Source: Octopus sinensis
Taxonomy: Eukaryota
Assembly (NCBI RefSeq): GCF_006345805.1
Contig: NC_043001.1
Location: 78,988,001-79,052,000, forward strand
DNA: 64,000 nt
Direction: 5' to 3'
In this document: positions 53,154 to 64,000 of the stretch, piece after piece
Layout: each line of letters begins with the position of its first letter
How positions within the stretch are numbered: the stretch's first letter is position 1
Notes under the pieces: model-generated
Databases searched by the model: none
Seen by the model: the letters and a program-made list of their open reading frames with translations, nothing else
Told to the model about the DNA's origin: nothing
Position numbers and translations under genes: made by a program

Positions 53154-53198
53154 GCCTGAGTGTGTGTATGAATATATATATAAATTAATATCTCTCTC

Positions 53199-53281
<83 letters not shown>

Positions 53282-54184
53282 ACACATACACACATACATG
53301 CGCTTACTAAATGTATGGATGTATGGAGTATCTCATTCTTTCGCTTGTCCACTCACTGGCATTGCAAATTTACATATACATATACAATTACACAGACCGA
53401 AAGAACTAAATCCATCTTAAGCTCCTTGAATACGTTCAGCAGGTCACTTCGTATGTCATAGTACTTACGTACGTATATACTTGTCTCTCCATATATGTGT
53501 CTAACATGCATATATGTGTTTATACATACATACATATATATATATATATATGTGCATATATATGTACGCATATATAGGTATATATGTACATATATGTACC
53601 TATGTGTTTGTAGATATATGTATATATAAATATGTACATATACATATTTATATGTACATATATGTACGCATATATATGTATATTTATACATACATATATA
53701 TATATATATATACGCATATATACATACAAATATAAATACATACATATATATATATGTTGTATGTGTTGTGTACATATGTATGTACGTGCACACATACGTA
53801 CGTACGAAGAGTAATGCCAGCACACCCTTCTTAGATTGTGAGCAAACCTCCAATAGATTTCCTTTACTCTACTTCTTTCATTTTGTTTTATGTTATTATA
53901 GTATGAAATAAGTTTTTCTCATGAAAATATCCACACCGTTTTGGTTTGTCGATGCCTGATAATTTGTCATCGTCGTGAATATTGCATGCATTAATATGCT
54001 TTGTCAACGGTCCGGCAGCTGTAATTTTCTCACCTTGTCTTTTGTTTTTATCTAGATTTCCCTTAGATGAGGAGGAGATTATTGGCAGACCAACAGCAGG
54101 ATTCAATCATTTATGATTTCGTGTCAGTTTAAGTACCTAGCAGATAGGTGAAGTGTTGCTGTTGTTATTGCTTATTGTTGATGC

Positions 54185-54291
<107 letters not shown>

Positions 54292-54698
54292 CATCATCAG
54301 TAGTAGTAGTAATTTCTCGTTTCATGTATTTATTGCATGACACGAAATGGAAATAGGTGTTTGTGTATTTGAGAGTATATATACATACAAGCATACATAC
54401 ATATACACACACACACACACACACACAACACACACACACAACACACATATATATATATTCAAGCAAATGCCACATGGACAGATATATAAATTCGCATACA
54501 AACACATATGATAAACATATGTGTGTGTGTGCGTGTGTTTTCACATGTACATGCGTGTATATTTGCAAATACAAATGCAAATGTATGTATATACACACAT
54601 ATATATATATACAACACATATATATATATATACATATATACATACATATATAGATATATAAATAGATAGATAGATAGATAAATATATATATATATATA

Positions 54699-54735
<37 letters not shown>

Positions 54736-55344
54736 TATATATATAGATAGATAGATAGATATACAGATAGATAGATAGATAGATAGTGATAGATAGATAG
54801 ATAGATAGATAGATATCCATACACACATTCATGCAAACACATTCATGAAATGCGTTGTAGATACGGTTTTAATGGATAGACTAAGCTCATGTTCAACGGT
54901 AGATTGGTGCTTTTGTTGTGCTAGATACGTTGTAGACCTGGTGTCTCGCTGGACAATGTAAACGACAACACGCGCTAGTAGAAATATTTTCTATTCTTCT
55001 ATATGGCATACTCTTTCCTTCCATCGGATCATGCGAAGATAAAGAAGAAAACACAAACATTATTCAATACTTCGCAGTGCTGAATTCAATTCTATAGGAA
55101 AGGGACAGAGATATTTACACATTTGTTTATGAATATTATATAATAAGGATCGTGTTTTTAGCTATTGTGTCGACGAACTGCTTTCATATTGTCATTCAAT
55201 GTGTTAGCCCTCCAAGAGAGAAACATTTCTATTAACAAACTGCCGTATAAAAAAAGAAGCATACGTGTCCTAAATTTTTCCTGGATGAAAGTATGATGAA
55301 AGGATCTTCATGTTCTTAGAACTTACATTTTTGCTTGTTTCATG

Positions 55345-55992
55345 AATATGTTGGGGCTGGGGAGATCCCGGCTTAGTAATCCCAGAGACGTCATAATGCG
55401 TAGAGCTGACTAGATCCACTAGTGATCTCCATCACTAACGGTTCCGTGCCGGCCCCTCTGCAATCCTCAATGTGACGGCGAGCATCCGGAGATACTCCCC
55501 AATCGTGTCCAGCCATCTGGTGCGGGGCCAACCACACGGCCTCTTCCAGCTCACAGCTGCTGCGTCAAATGAGAGTAAATCCCTGGTAAGATGATCTAGC
55601 GGGAAACAGGGCACATGTTCCTACCAGCGCAATCGACGGATAGGTAGGAGGTGGGTGGCTCCGAGATCATGCACGCACAGACGTAGTTCTTTGTTCGAAG
55701 CGTGATGGTATCGTTTGATGTTCTCGATGGTTCTTAGGACTTTGGTATCGAAGCTGTCGATCCTTAGTGATAGGGTCTTTGAGAGGTGCCATGCTTCTAC
55801 ACTGTGGGGGAGAATGGAGACGACCGAAAGTTGTAGTTGCAGGGCTTCGTTCTCCGGGAGATAGAGCAGTGGTGCCAAGGGGCTTCTGTAGGGTGTACAT
55901 GACCGCGGTGGTCAGACCACATTTGCGGTTGGTCTCCGGGATCACACTGCATTGTTAGCAACTGTAGAGCCCATGTAGATGAAGGTAGATGA
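55345..55992 (-). mobile_element. RTE-clade LINE 3' fragment
   Basis: FIYMGS...VVSILPHSVEAWHLSKTLSLRIDSFDTKVLRTIENIKRYHHASNKELR...RRLRW*EHV...SWKRPCGWPRTRWLDTI. Confidence 0.85.
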
Positions 55993-56477
55993 CAAATTCC
56001 AGGAGGTTGAACACGGTTTCATTATTTTTCTAGCGTAACCTAAAGCTCGTTTTATTAGAATTAGTTGGTTTCCATAGGAATGAGACGGATGGGCGCAGTT
56101 TCTTGGATGCTGGGCATTTCGCAAGGGTGACTGGATAATAAATCGGTTTTAGTGAGAGAGTATATTTTGAGTATATTTATACACTCACTCACATACATGT
56201 ACATAAATGCGTACACAGAAGTATATGAATACAAAAGGAATGAGAGATAGAGGAAGGGAGGAAGGCAGGGGGACTTCGAGAACGAAGGAGAATTAGGAAT
56301 AAAAAATACACATCAGTATAATGCAGAGAACCTGAGAAACGTGAAAACGTGAGAAAAGCATTTAATCTCAAATGTCAGTATAGAATAAATTACGCCAAAT
56401 ACGTGGCACTAAAGCTGATGCGCCGAAACGTCTCATGTCCATTTTCTGTTCGTATATATATATATATATATATATCA

Positions 56478-56876
56478 CAAGCTTGCTTCCCAGCCACATG
56501 GTTCTGGGTTCATTCCTGCTGCATGGCACCTTGGGCAAGTGTTTCTAGTATAGCCTCGGGCCGACCAAAGCCCGAGTATATATATATACATTTTGTGAGT
56601 GGATTTGGTAGACGGAAACTGAAAGAAGCCCGTCGTATATATGCATATATATGTATATGTGTGTATATGTTTATGTGTCTGTGTTTGTCACCCCAACATC
56701 ACTTGATAACCGATGCTGGTGTGTTTACGACTCAGTAACTTAGTGGTTCGGCAAAAGATTCCGATAGAATAAGTACTAAGCTTACAAACAATAAGTCCTG
56801 GGGTCTATTTGATCGACCAAGGGCGGTGCTCCGGCATGGACGCTGTGAAATGAGTGAAACAAGTAAAAAAGTAAAA
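56478..56876 (+). mobile_element. SINE family B
   Basis: AAGCTTGCTTCCCAGCCACATGG...GAAAGAAGCCCGTCG, then microsatellite, then ...GGCGGTGCTCCGGCATGG. Confidence 0.85.
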
Positions 56877-57060
56877 GTGTGTACATATATACGCGCGTGT
56901 GTGTGTGTGTGTATACACAAATTTATTCATGTAGATGTATACGCACACGCTTACTAGGTATGTATATATGTATGCATGGTATGTATGTATGAATGAATGT
57001 GCGGCGTACAGTCGGATGCATATATCTGATGTGTGTGTGTGCTTATATATATATACCCAC

Positions 57061-57095
<35 letters not shown>

Positions 57096-57256
57096 TACAC
57101 ATATATATATATATATACACATATATATATATATATATATAATATATATACAGAATATATATATATATATAGATATATATATATATTACACATATATATA
57201 ATATATATTATATATATATATTATATAATATATTATATATATATATATAATATATA

Positions 57257-57347
<91 letters not shown>

Positions 57348-57485
57348 CAAAGATAAATGCGATACATAAATTAATTATAATCGCCGGTGCTGTACCAGTA
57401 ATATATTATATATATATATGTACTTATGTGAGTATGTGTGTATTACTATATTTTTGGGACTTGGCGTTTGTGAAATTAAAAGGGG

Positions 57486-57635
57486 AAGGAACAGGAAATT
57501 ACGCAATGGACTTCATTAGCTTACATTGGTTTCTGCTACAAGGTGATGCACTATCTCTCAGGTCTGAATGCACACAACATTAAAGCAGGAGCAGCTGTAA
57601 GCTAATGAAGTTCGCTGCATAATTTCCTGATCCTT
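57486..57635. repeat. Imperfect inverted repeat, ~50-bp arms
   Basis: AGGAACAGGAAATTACGCAATGGACTTCATTAGCTTACA versus TGTAAGCTAATGAAGTTCGCTGCATAATTTCCTGATCCT. Confidence 0.75.
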
Positions 57636-57800
57636 TGTCAATTATTTCGTTTCACATTATATTCTGTGATCGACGAACAGTTTATTTTGAAGCATATGTG
57701 TATTAGATTCTAACGCAGTTTATTAAGCGAAACGGTAAGCTACACACATACACACGCACCCACACATGCATACATACTCCATATATACATTATATATATG

Positions 57801-57839
<39 letters not shown>

Positions 57840-57890
57840 TATATATATATATATATACATATTATATATACATATATATATGTATTCACG

Positions 57891-57924
<34 letters not shown>

Positions 57925-58036
57925 CATATATATGTGTGATATGCTTATATGATGTAATATATATATATAATATATACACACATATCTCTCTTTCTCTCTC
58001 ACTCTCCGGTTATATATATACATATATGTATATGTG

Positions 58037-58107
<71 letters not shown>

Positions 58108-59156
58108 CAACATATATATACATATATAATATATCTATATAATATATATATAATATATTATAATATTATACAGATAACATATACGAATATATATATACTA
58201 TATATATAAATATATCGTTATATATATTATATATACATAGATACATAAAAGCATACGTAAAAACACTAATACATGTATAATATACAAGAATAAGGACACA
58301 CGCTAAAAAAGTTTACATCTTTTTACAACCGGGTGAACTGTAACAACGAAAAATGAAGTATTTTACTGAAAAACACAACAGACCACACAGCGCGAGCATC
58401 GAAATCACAATCATACGATCATGAGATTAACGCTGCAATCACTACACCACTCATAACAATAAACGTGGCATAAAATAAGTTAATTAGAAGAATATATTGT
58501 GTTAATTATCCTGTTCATGTTATTCGACTTGTTCGTACTATCTGGTTGTGTTATAACAACACCCTGGTAACAACGCTATTACGTTATCTCAGTTTATCAT
58601 AAGCTATGTTAATATCACCTGCTTCAACTCCTTTCCACTTCTCTATCTGTTTAGTCTTATCATCCATCATTGCTTGCACGTACACCGACACCGACACACA
58701 CACTCACACACACATACACACACACGCACGCACACAAATGTACATATATCTTATATCTGTGTATCCGATATTGTAGCACATAATTATAATTAACGTATAA
58801 TTATAATACCATTTAGCAAATAATTATAATCACGAAAGAATTAATACAAAATATTATTTCATTTATATTTATAATTTCTCATTAAAAATATTATGTTTAT
58901 CTCAATGAATTGCAGCCTAACTATTGAATTCATATTTAAATATATAATTGTATTCAACGTTAATATTTCTTACTGAGATATCAAATGACATATGTCCAAT
59001 AAATAAACACACGACAAAATTATATAGTAACTATAGTAATTTCATAGGACAAATATATACGCGTAGTAAAAATGTAATTTATAAATTGTATTCTTCATTG
59101 CATTAGAATGAAATACCATTCTTTTACAACATATGAAACACACACACTGTGTCAGG

Positions 59157-59187
<31 letters not shown>

Positions 59188-59709
59188 ATATATATATATA
59201 TATATGAATTATTATTAATATTATTATTATTATTATTCGTGTATATATTGATATATATATTATTCGTGTATGTACGTATGTATATATATATCAATGAAAA
59301 GAAAAGAAGACAAAAATCTTTAAACATATCATTAATTATAAATTATACAGGTTTCCGTACCATCTCCATATGCAAAGCTAATTTACACGAAAATTATAAA
59401 AGAAAAATTACGTAATATATGCAGTTATAGGGATTGGAGAGTCATTTCTTCAGACTTGAATCGAAATCATGCTATTAAACTGTGCGTCTCTCAGACCTTG
59501 AGGTTACGAAAGTATCGAGAGGAAAAGGAAAAAATAATAATAATAAATGTGTACGCGGGATGGGTCTGTAGCGAAGGAATTATGTTGTGGTGGAGAATGA
59601 AAAAGGTGGATATGCATAATGATAGATGATAGGAGGGAGAAAGAAAAGGAGGAGAGGTAAAAGAATAGTTGACAGAAAAAATCGGAGGAGAAGAAAGAGA
59701 ATCAATTAG

Positions 59710-59882
59710 AAGAAGAAAAAGAAGAAAAGGAAGAGAAGGGCGAAGAGAAGAAGAAGAAGAAGAAGAAGAAGAACAAGAATGAGGAGAAGAAGAAGAATGG
59801 AAGAAGAAGAAGAAGATAAGAGAAGAAGAAGAAGAAGAAGAAGAAGAAGAAGAAGAAGAAGAAGAAGAAGAAGAAGAAGAAG
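59710..59882. repeat. (GAA)n polypurine tract
   Basis: Directly visible. Confidence 0.95.
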
Positions 59883-60470
59883 ATGGAGGTGTGTTAAACT
59901 GTCCTGGCAGCGCCATTGTTACCAAGATTCGTCCGATGGAATTCGATGTATTTGACCACACAGAAGCGACATTACTCTGCGACAGCCCACGCACAAAACG
60001 CGCGCACAACACACACACATTCACACACACACAAACACCACTCACACACACACAAACACTTCCACACGCAAAAACCCCCCCACACACGTACAGATACTTA
60101 CAGATACACTCACATACGCACAGAGACAGAGAGACTAACAACATATCTATGTAGGGATATAAACCCATGCATCTATACTTCCATAACCACGCACACACAC
60201 GCACACACACACACACACACACACATACATATATATGAATCCTTACACACAGACACAGAAACACACTCTAACGATCGTGTTGGTATATCTGTACATTCAT
60301 ACAGACACCTATATAAGTACATAATACATACGTACACACATGTTCTAATTCATGTTTGTATATGTGCTTGTATATATGTACGTATTAACGTGAACCGAGA
60401 GTGAGAAAAATATATATCCAGGTATATATGTGGATATAAATATGTGTATGTGCGTGGGGGGTATTGTGTG

Positions 60471-60702
60471 TAAGTATATAATTATAAATATATAATTGTA
60501 ATTAAGGGCGCCGGAGGGCTAACGCCAATACACTAGAAATAGATGTCAGATGTCGACTGTCCATTCCTCTTCCTTCAGCCTTCTGTTATAACAATAGAGA
60601 ACAAACGTTAGAGTGGCTTGTAGACATTTGATATTACGAAAGTATTGGCGTTGGCCCTCCGGCGCCCTTAATTACAATTTTATATTTATAATCATATACT
60701 TA
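60471..60702. repeat. Inverted repeat element, ~60-bp arms
   Basis: ATTGTAATTAAGGGCGCCGGAGGGCTAACGCCAATAC versus GTATTGGCGTTGGCCCTCCGGCGCCCTTAATTACAAT. Confidence 0.85.
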
Positions 60703-60719
60703 ACATATATATGTATATT

Positions 60720-60920
60720 CTGTTATTCTTTTACTTGATTTAGCCATTTTACTGAGACCATGCTGCAGCACCACCTTCAGTCGAACAAATCGACCCAAGG
60801 ACTTATTCTTTGTAAGCCTAGGACTTATTCTCTGCGTCTCCTAACTCGAATCGCTGTTACGGAAAAGTAAACACACCGACATTGGTTGTCAAGCGATGGT
60901 GGCGGAGTACAAACACAGAT
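60720..60920 (-). mobile_element. SINE family B, 3' body
   Basis: GACCCAAGGACTTATTCTTTGTAAGCCTAG...GGTTGTCAAGCG is the reverse complement of the family B 3' half. Confidence 0.8.
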
Positions 60921-60951
60921 ACACAAATCTCTCCCTCTCTCTGTCTCTCTG

Positions 60952-60989
<38 letters not shown>

Positions 60990-61140
60990 CTGTATACATA
61001 AGTATACATATACATATAGACACATACACACACATATGTGTGTATATACATAAACATGTATATATATATATATATGTGTGTGTGTATATGTATATATGTA
61101 TATATGTATGTATATGTATATATATATAACACATATATAC

Positions 61141-61200
<60 letters not shown>

Positions 61201-61589
61201 CTTATATGTACGCACACACATATACAGGCTCACGGGTATACACCCATACACAGGTATATAAATATATCCAAAGATTCATACAGACCCACCCAGATACGGA
61301 TACCTATATATTCATATGCACTTGCATTCACACTCTTATGTATATAGACAAAACATATATACATTGCTCACACGAAGCAATGGTGTTCGTCTCCGTGTTT
61401 GTGTTTTCATCCAAAATGGTGACGAACATCATTCGTCCATATGATCAAATTGAAAAATTGTTAAGATATTGATATATTTCCAAACATGAAAACGATTTTA
61501 GCCTTAATACACAAATAAGGAAATTTAACCCGCCAATGCGGTGTTGAGCACTATTCCTTTTCTTCGACATTTACATACACACACACACA

Positions 61590-62135
61590 CAGAAGGTGGG
61601 GTAAATATAGTGCCGTCTAAATTATGCAAAAATGAAAGTAACACTGACATCTCATTTTATCAGATATATTTACCAAAATTACATAAAAATATCTTGAAAT
61701 ACTAAAGTGTAAATTACTTCAATAAAATTGTCATTGGCTTCAACCACAGACTCCAGACGACGTCGGAATCTGCTGTAACTCTTATGGACGGATTCCTTGT
61801 TGCTATAGTCCTTGCCTTCAATTCATCTTTGGTGTTACAAGGAATTTTGTTGGTTTCTCGCTTAACTGCGCCCCACACATAATAATGAAAGGGTTGCAGT
61901 CTGGCGACTTGGGTGGCCAGTGGTTAGGGGTGATGTGGTCGCAGAAATTGCCTGACAGCCATGATTGTGTTGTCCTGCTTGTGTGGCATGGTGCAGAGTC
62001 CTGTTGCCAGAATACGACTTTCCACTCACTTGACCCAGGATAACACTATCTCCTCCAGACACTTGATGTAGGCCTCCGTGTTGAGCCTGGGGCCGTGTGG
62101 GAGACATAACATCGCCAACACCAAGCACCCCCAAA
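61590..62135 (-). mobile_element. maT/DD37D-like transposase 3' remnant
   Basis: LNTEAYIKCLEEIVLSW...WQQDSAPCHTSRTTQSWLSGNFCDHITPNHWPPKSPDCNPF/YYVWGAVKRETNK; 37 residues separate the QQD aspartate from the expected third catalytic position. Confidence 0.85.
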
Positions 62136-62499
62136 ATTTCGGGCGTTGTGCCTAGAGTAGAATAGAATATGATATATATATATATATATATACACATAGA
62201 TAGATACATACAAACATACACACACATGCACACATACACACGTACACACACATATTGTGTTCAAAAGAAATCCGAATACTGATGCTCACTTCATGATGAC
62301 ACTCAGCGTCGCTGCCAAAACTCATGATCTTGTACTGACCACTAAGTGCGTAATTTGTACTTTTAATCATAGAGGATCGGATTTAATCCTAGGTGTCCCA
62401 ATATATCTCTTTCTAATGAATATCCAGCAGCTGTTGTTGGTGCATATACCAGAATTTATAGAAATCTAATTATGATTTTTCACTGAGATTGTAGAGATT

Positions 62500-62690
62500 G
62501 ACACGCCGTGGACATTATGTTCTTCAAGAGATCTACAGCAGCTTTATCAATGAATAAACAGGTTTTTTTTATTTTTGATGACACCCTCATCTTTGCTGAT
62601 AGAATTGGAGCTCGTACAGTTTTACGCAAAAGAATTTTGGCTCAATACCATGAAGAACTTCTGGTCAGAATCCAAATGAAGTTTGAATTA
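62500..62690 (+). mobile_element. Possible Gypsy pol remnant (integrase zinc-finger region)
   Basis: FIFDDTLIFADRIGARTVLRKRILAQYHEELLVRIQMK resembles the Gypsy pattern L...D..L...RVV.P..LR..IL...H.GH.G...MK. Confidence 0.45.
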
Positions 62691-62850
62691 TTAACAAAAT
62701 TTAGACAAATGGAATATAAAATTTTATCGATAGCCTCGTAGAATAAACTACTGCACGTATGTTTTGAAAGAAGTTGTTTTACACAGGTAAATGCAAAAGT
62801 CATTTTACGATAGGTGTAAGTGCATTAAGGTTAACTGGATAAATGAACTA

Positions 62851-63060
62851 CTAGGGGATGCTGAAGAGTTCCTCGCTTTAACAGTATCGCGAAAGGCCTG
62901 GTTGGAATCTCAACCTTCTTTTACAGGTATTAGAAAAAATGAAGTGTCGCTGCAATAAGTGTGTGAATCTGAGAAGTGAATATGTTGCATTAAACCACAA
63001 TTAACTGATCCTCCTGTGTTTGCTTTTACCAAAAGCCAGGAATTTTTCAGCACGCACTCG
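62851..63060 (+). mobile_element. Mariner-derived MITE
   Basis: TA-flanked TIRs CTAGGGGATGCTGAAGAGTTCCTCGCTTT / AAAGCCAGGAATTTTTCAGCACGCACTCG. Internal TGIRK..KCRCNKCVNLRSEYV echoes the mariner C-terminus. Confidence 0.7.
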
Positions 63061-64000
63061 TACAAACATTTATTTTTTACATGTATTTTCTCTGTTTATG
63101 ACAACGTCGTTTCAGGTTCATTTCCAGTGTGTGGAACATTTGGCAAAAGACATTTTGTTGACCAGGAACTTTTTGTACAGTGGATCTGTGTGGATGATCA
63201 TTGTATACGAGTTTGTTGTGTTCATATGTTTCCAAACCTGTAACCTAGTGATTTGCCAAATTTGATAGTACTGATTATTTGTAACTAGAATCGATCTTTT
63301 CGACAAAACCAGTCAAACCAGCATGGTGTCAGTCTAATGACTAAAATAATTAGAAGAATAAAGTTAAGAATTCTACACAAATCGCAATGTTGCTACGGAA
63401 ACCTTATCTATGCACACCTTGCACTCAAGAATTTTTCGAAATCGTATTAATATAATGTCCGAAACAAAAGCCATTGGAAATAATTCGTAACCGAAATAGA
63501 GGAAATATATTCACTTTAGTCTTTCAATTTATAACTGAAACTATATTAAAAATATTTGTTATTATTGCCATGAAATCAATTATACACTCGTATATTCATT
63601 TATTTAGGCATCCATCAATTTACTTGTAATCCATTTATTCATTAATGTAAATTTGTTACATAACGTTGTTACCTCTTTTTACCTATTGATTATTTGTGGT
63701 GTGGTTCCTGAACGTGCAATTTTATATCGGCATATCGTGAAGAGGCGCAAGCATATGTATCATACATATTCAAGCAATTATTTCAGTTTATAGATATGTA
63801 GTCATACTTTCATTCGTATAATGGTACCAGGCGTATGTCTCTAGCTATGCTGAAGCACTGACTTAATTTCTTTTTTCTTTTGAGTTTTTTTGTAGCTTCA
63901 TGGCGGAAAGTTGCTCCATGATCGAGTTTGTAGTAGCTAATCTCTGGTGAGTGCAACCTTGAAAAGTTGGCTGGTCCGATATCACTGACTGGTGTTTATG

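Noticed and set aside
56410-56440. CTGATGCGCCGAAACGTC hammerhead-like string
   Set aside because: Conserved A9 is missing, there is no stem II, and stem I is not convincing.
59491-60404. 257-aa and 162-aa ORFs
   Set aside because: Composed of (TTC)n and (TG)/(CA)n tracts.

Overview
AT-rich, microsatellite-saturated animal genomic DNA. The SINE families, (TA)/(CA)/(GATA)/(TAA) arrays and LINE set look like an Octopus (cephalopod) intergenic or large intronic region; the taxon is an inference. No intact host protein-coding gene is recognisable, and nearly all ORF-track entries are microsatellite read-throughs. The window is a transposon graveyard: three tRNA-derived SINE families, R4/Dong-like REL-endonuclease LINE fragments stacked in (TAA)n tracts, Tx1 and RTE LINE 3' ends, mariner, maT (DD37D), hAT and Gypsy remnants, MITEs and several foldback hairpins. 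The most notable signal is a set of type I hammerhead ribozyme (HHR) motifs from at least four unrelated sequence families: 25279-25316 (-) with its inverted twin 26337-26374 (+), 26616-26714 (+), 38348-38392 (-) and 43541-43575 (-), plus a weak one at 23796-23831 (-). Some sit in inverted pseudo-LTRs beside a Penelope-like RT fragment, and one is fused to a tRNA-like Pol III head through an (AAT)n linker. There is also a ~1.25-kb inverted duplication joined to the 5'-truncated end of a Dong-like insertion, and a near-perfect 279-bp palindrome. All folds and homologies were read by eye, and coordinates of degenerate repeats are approximate.
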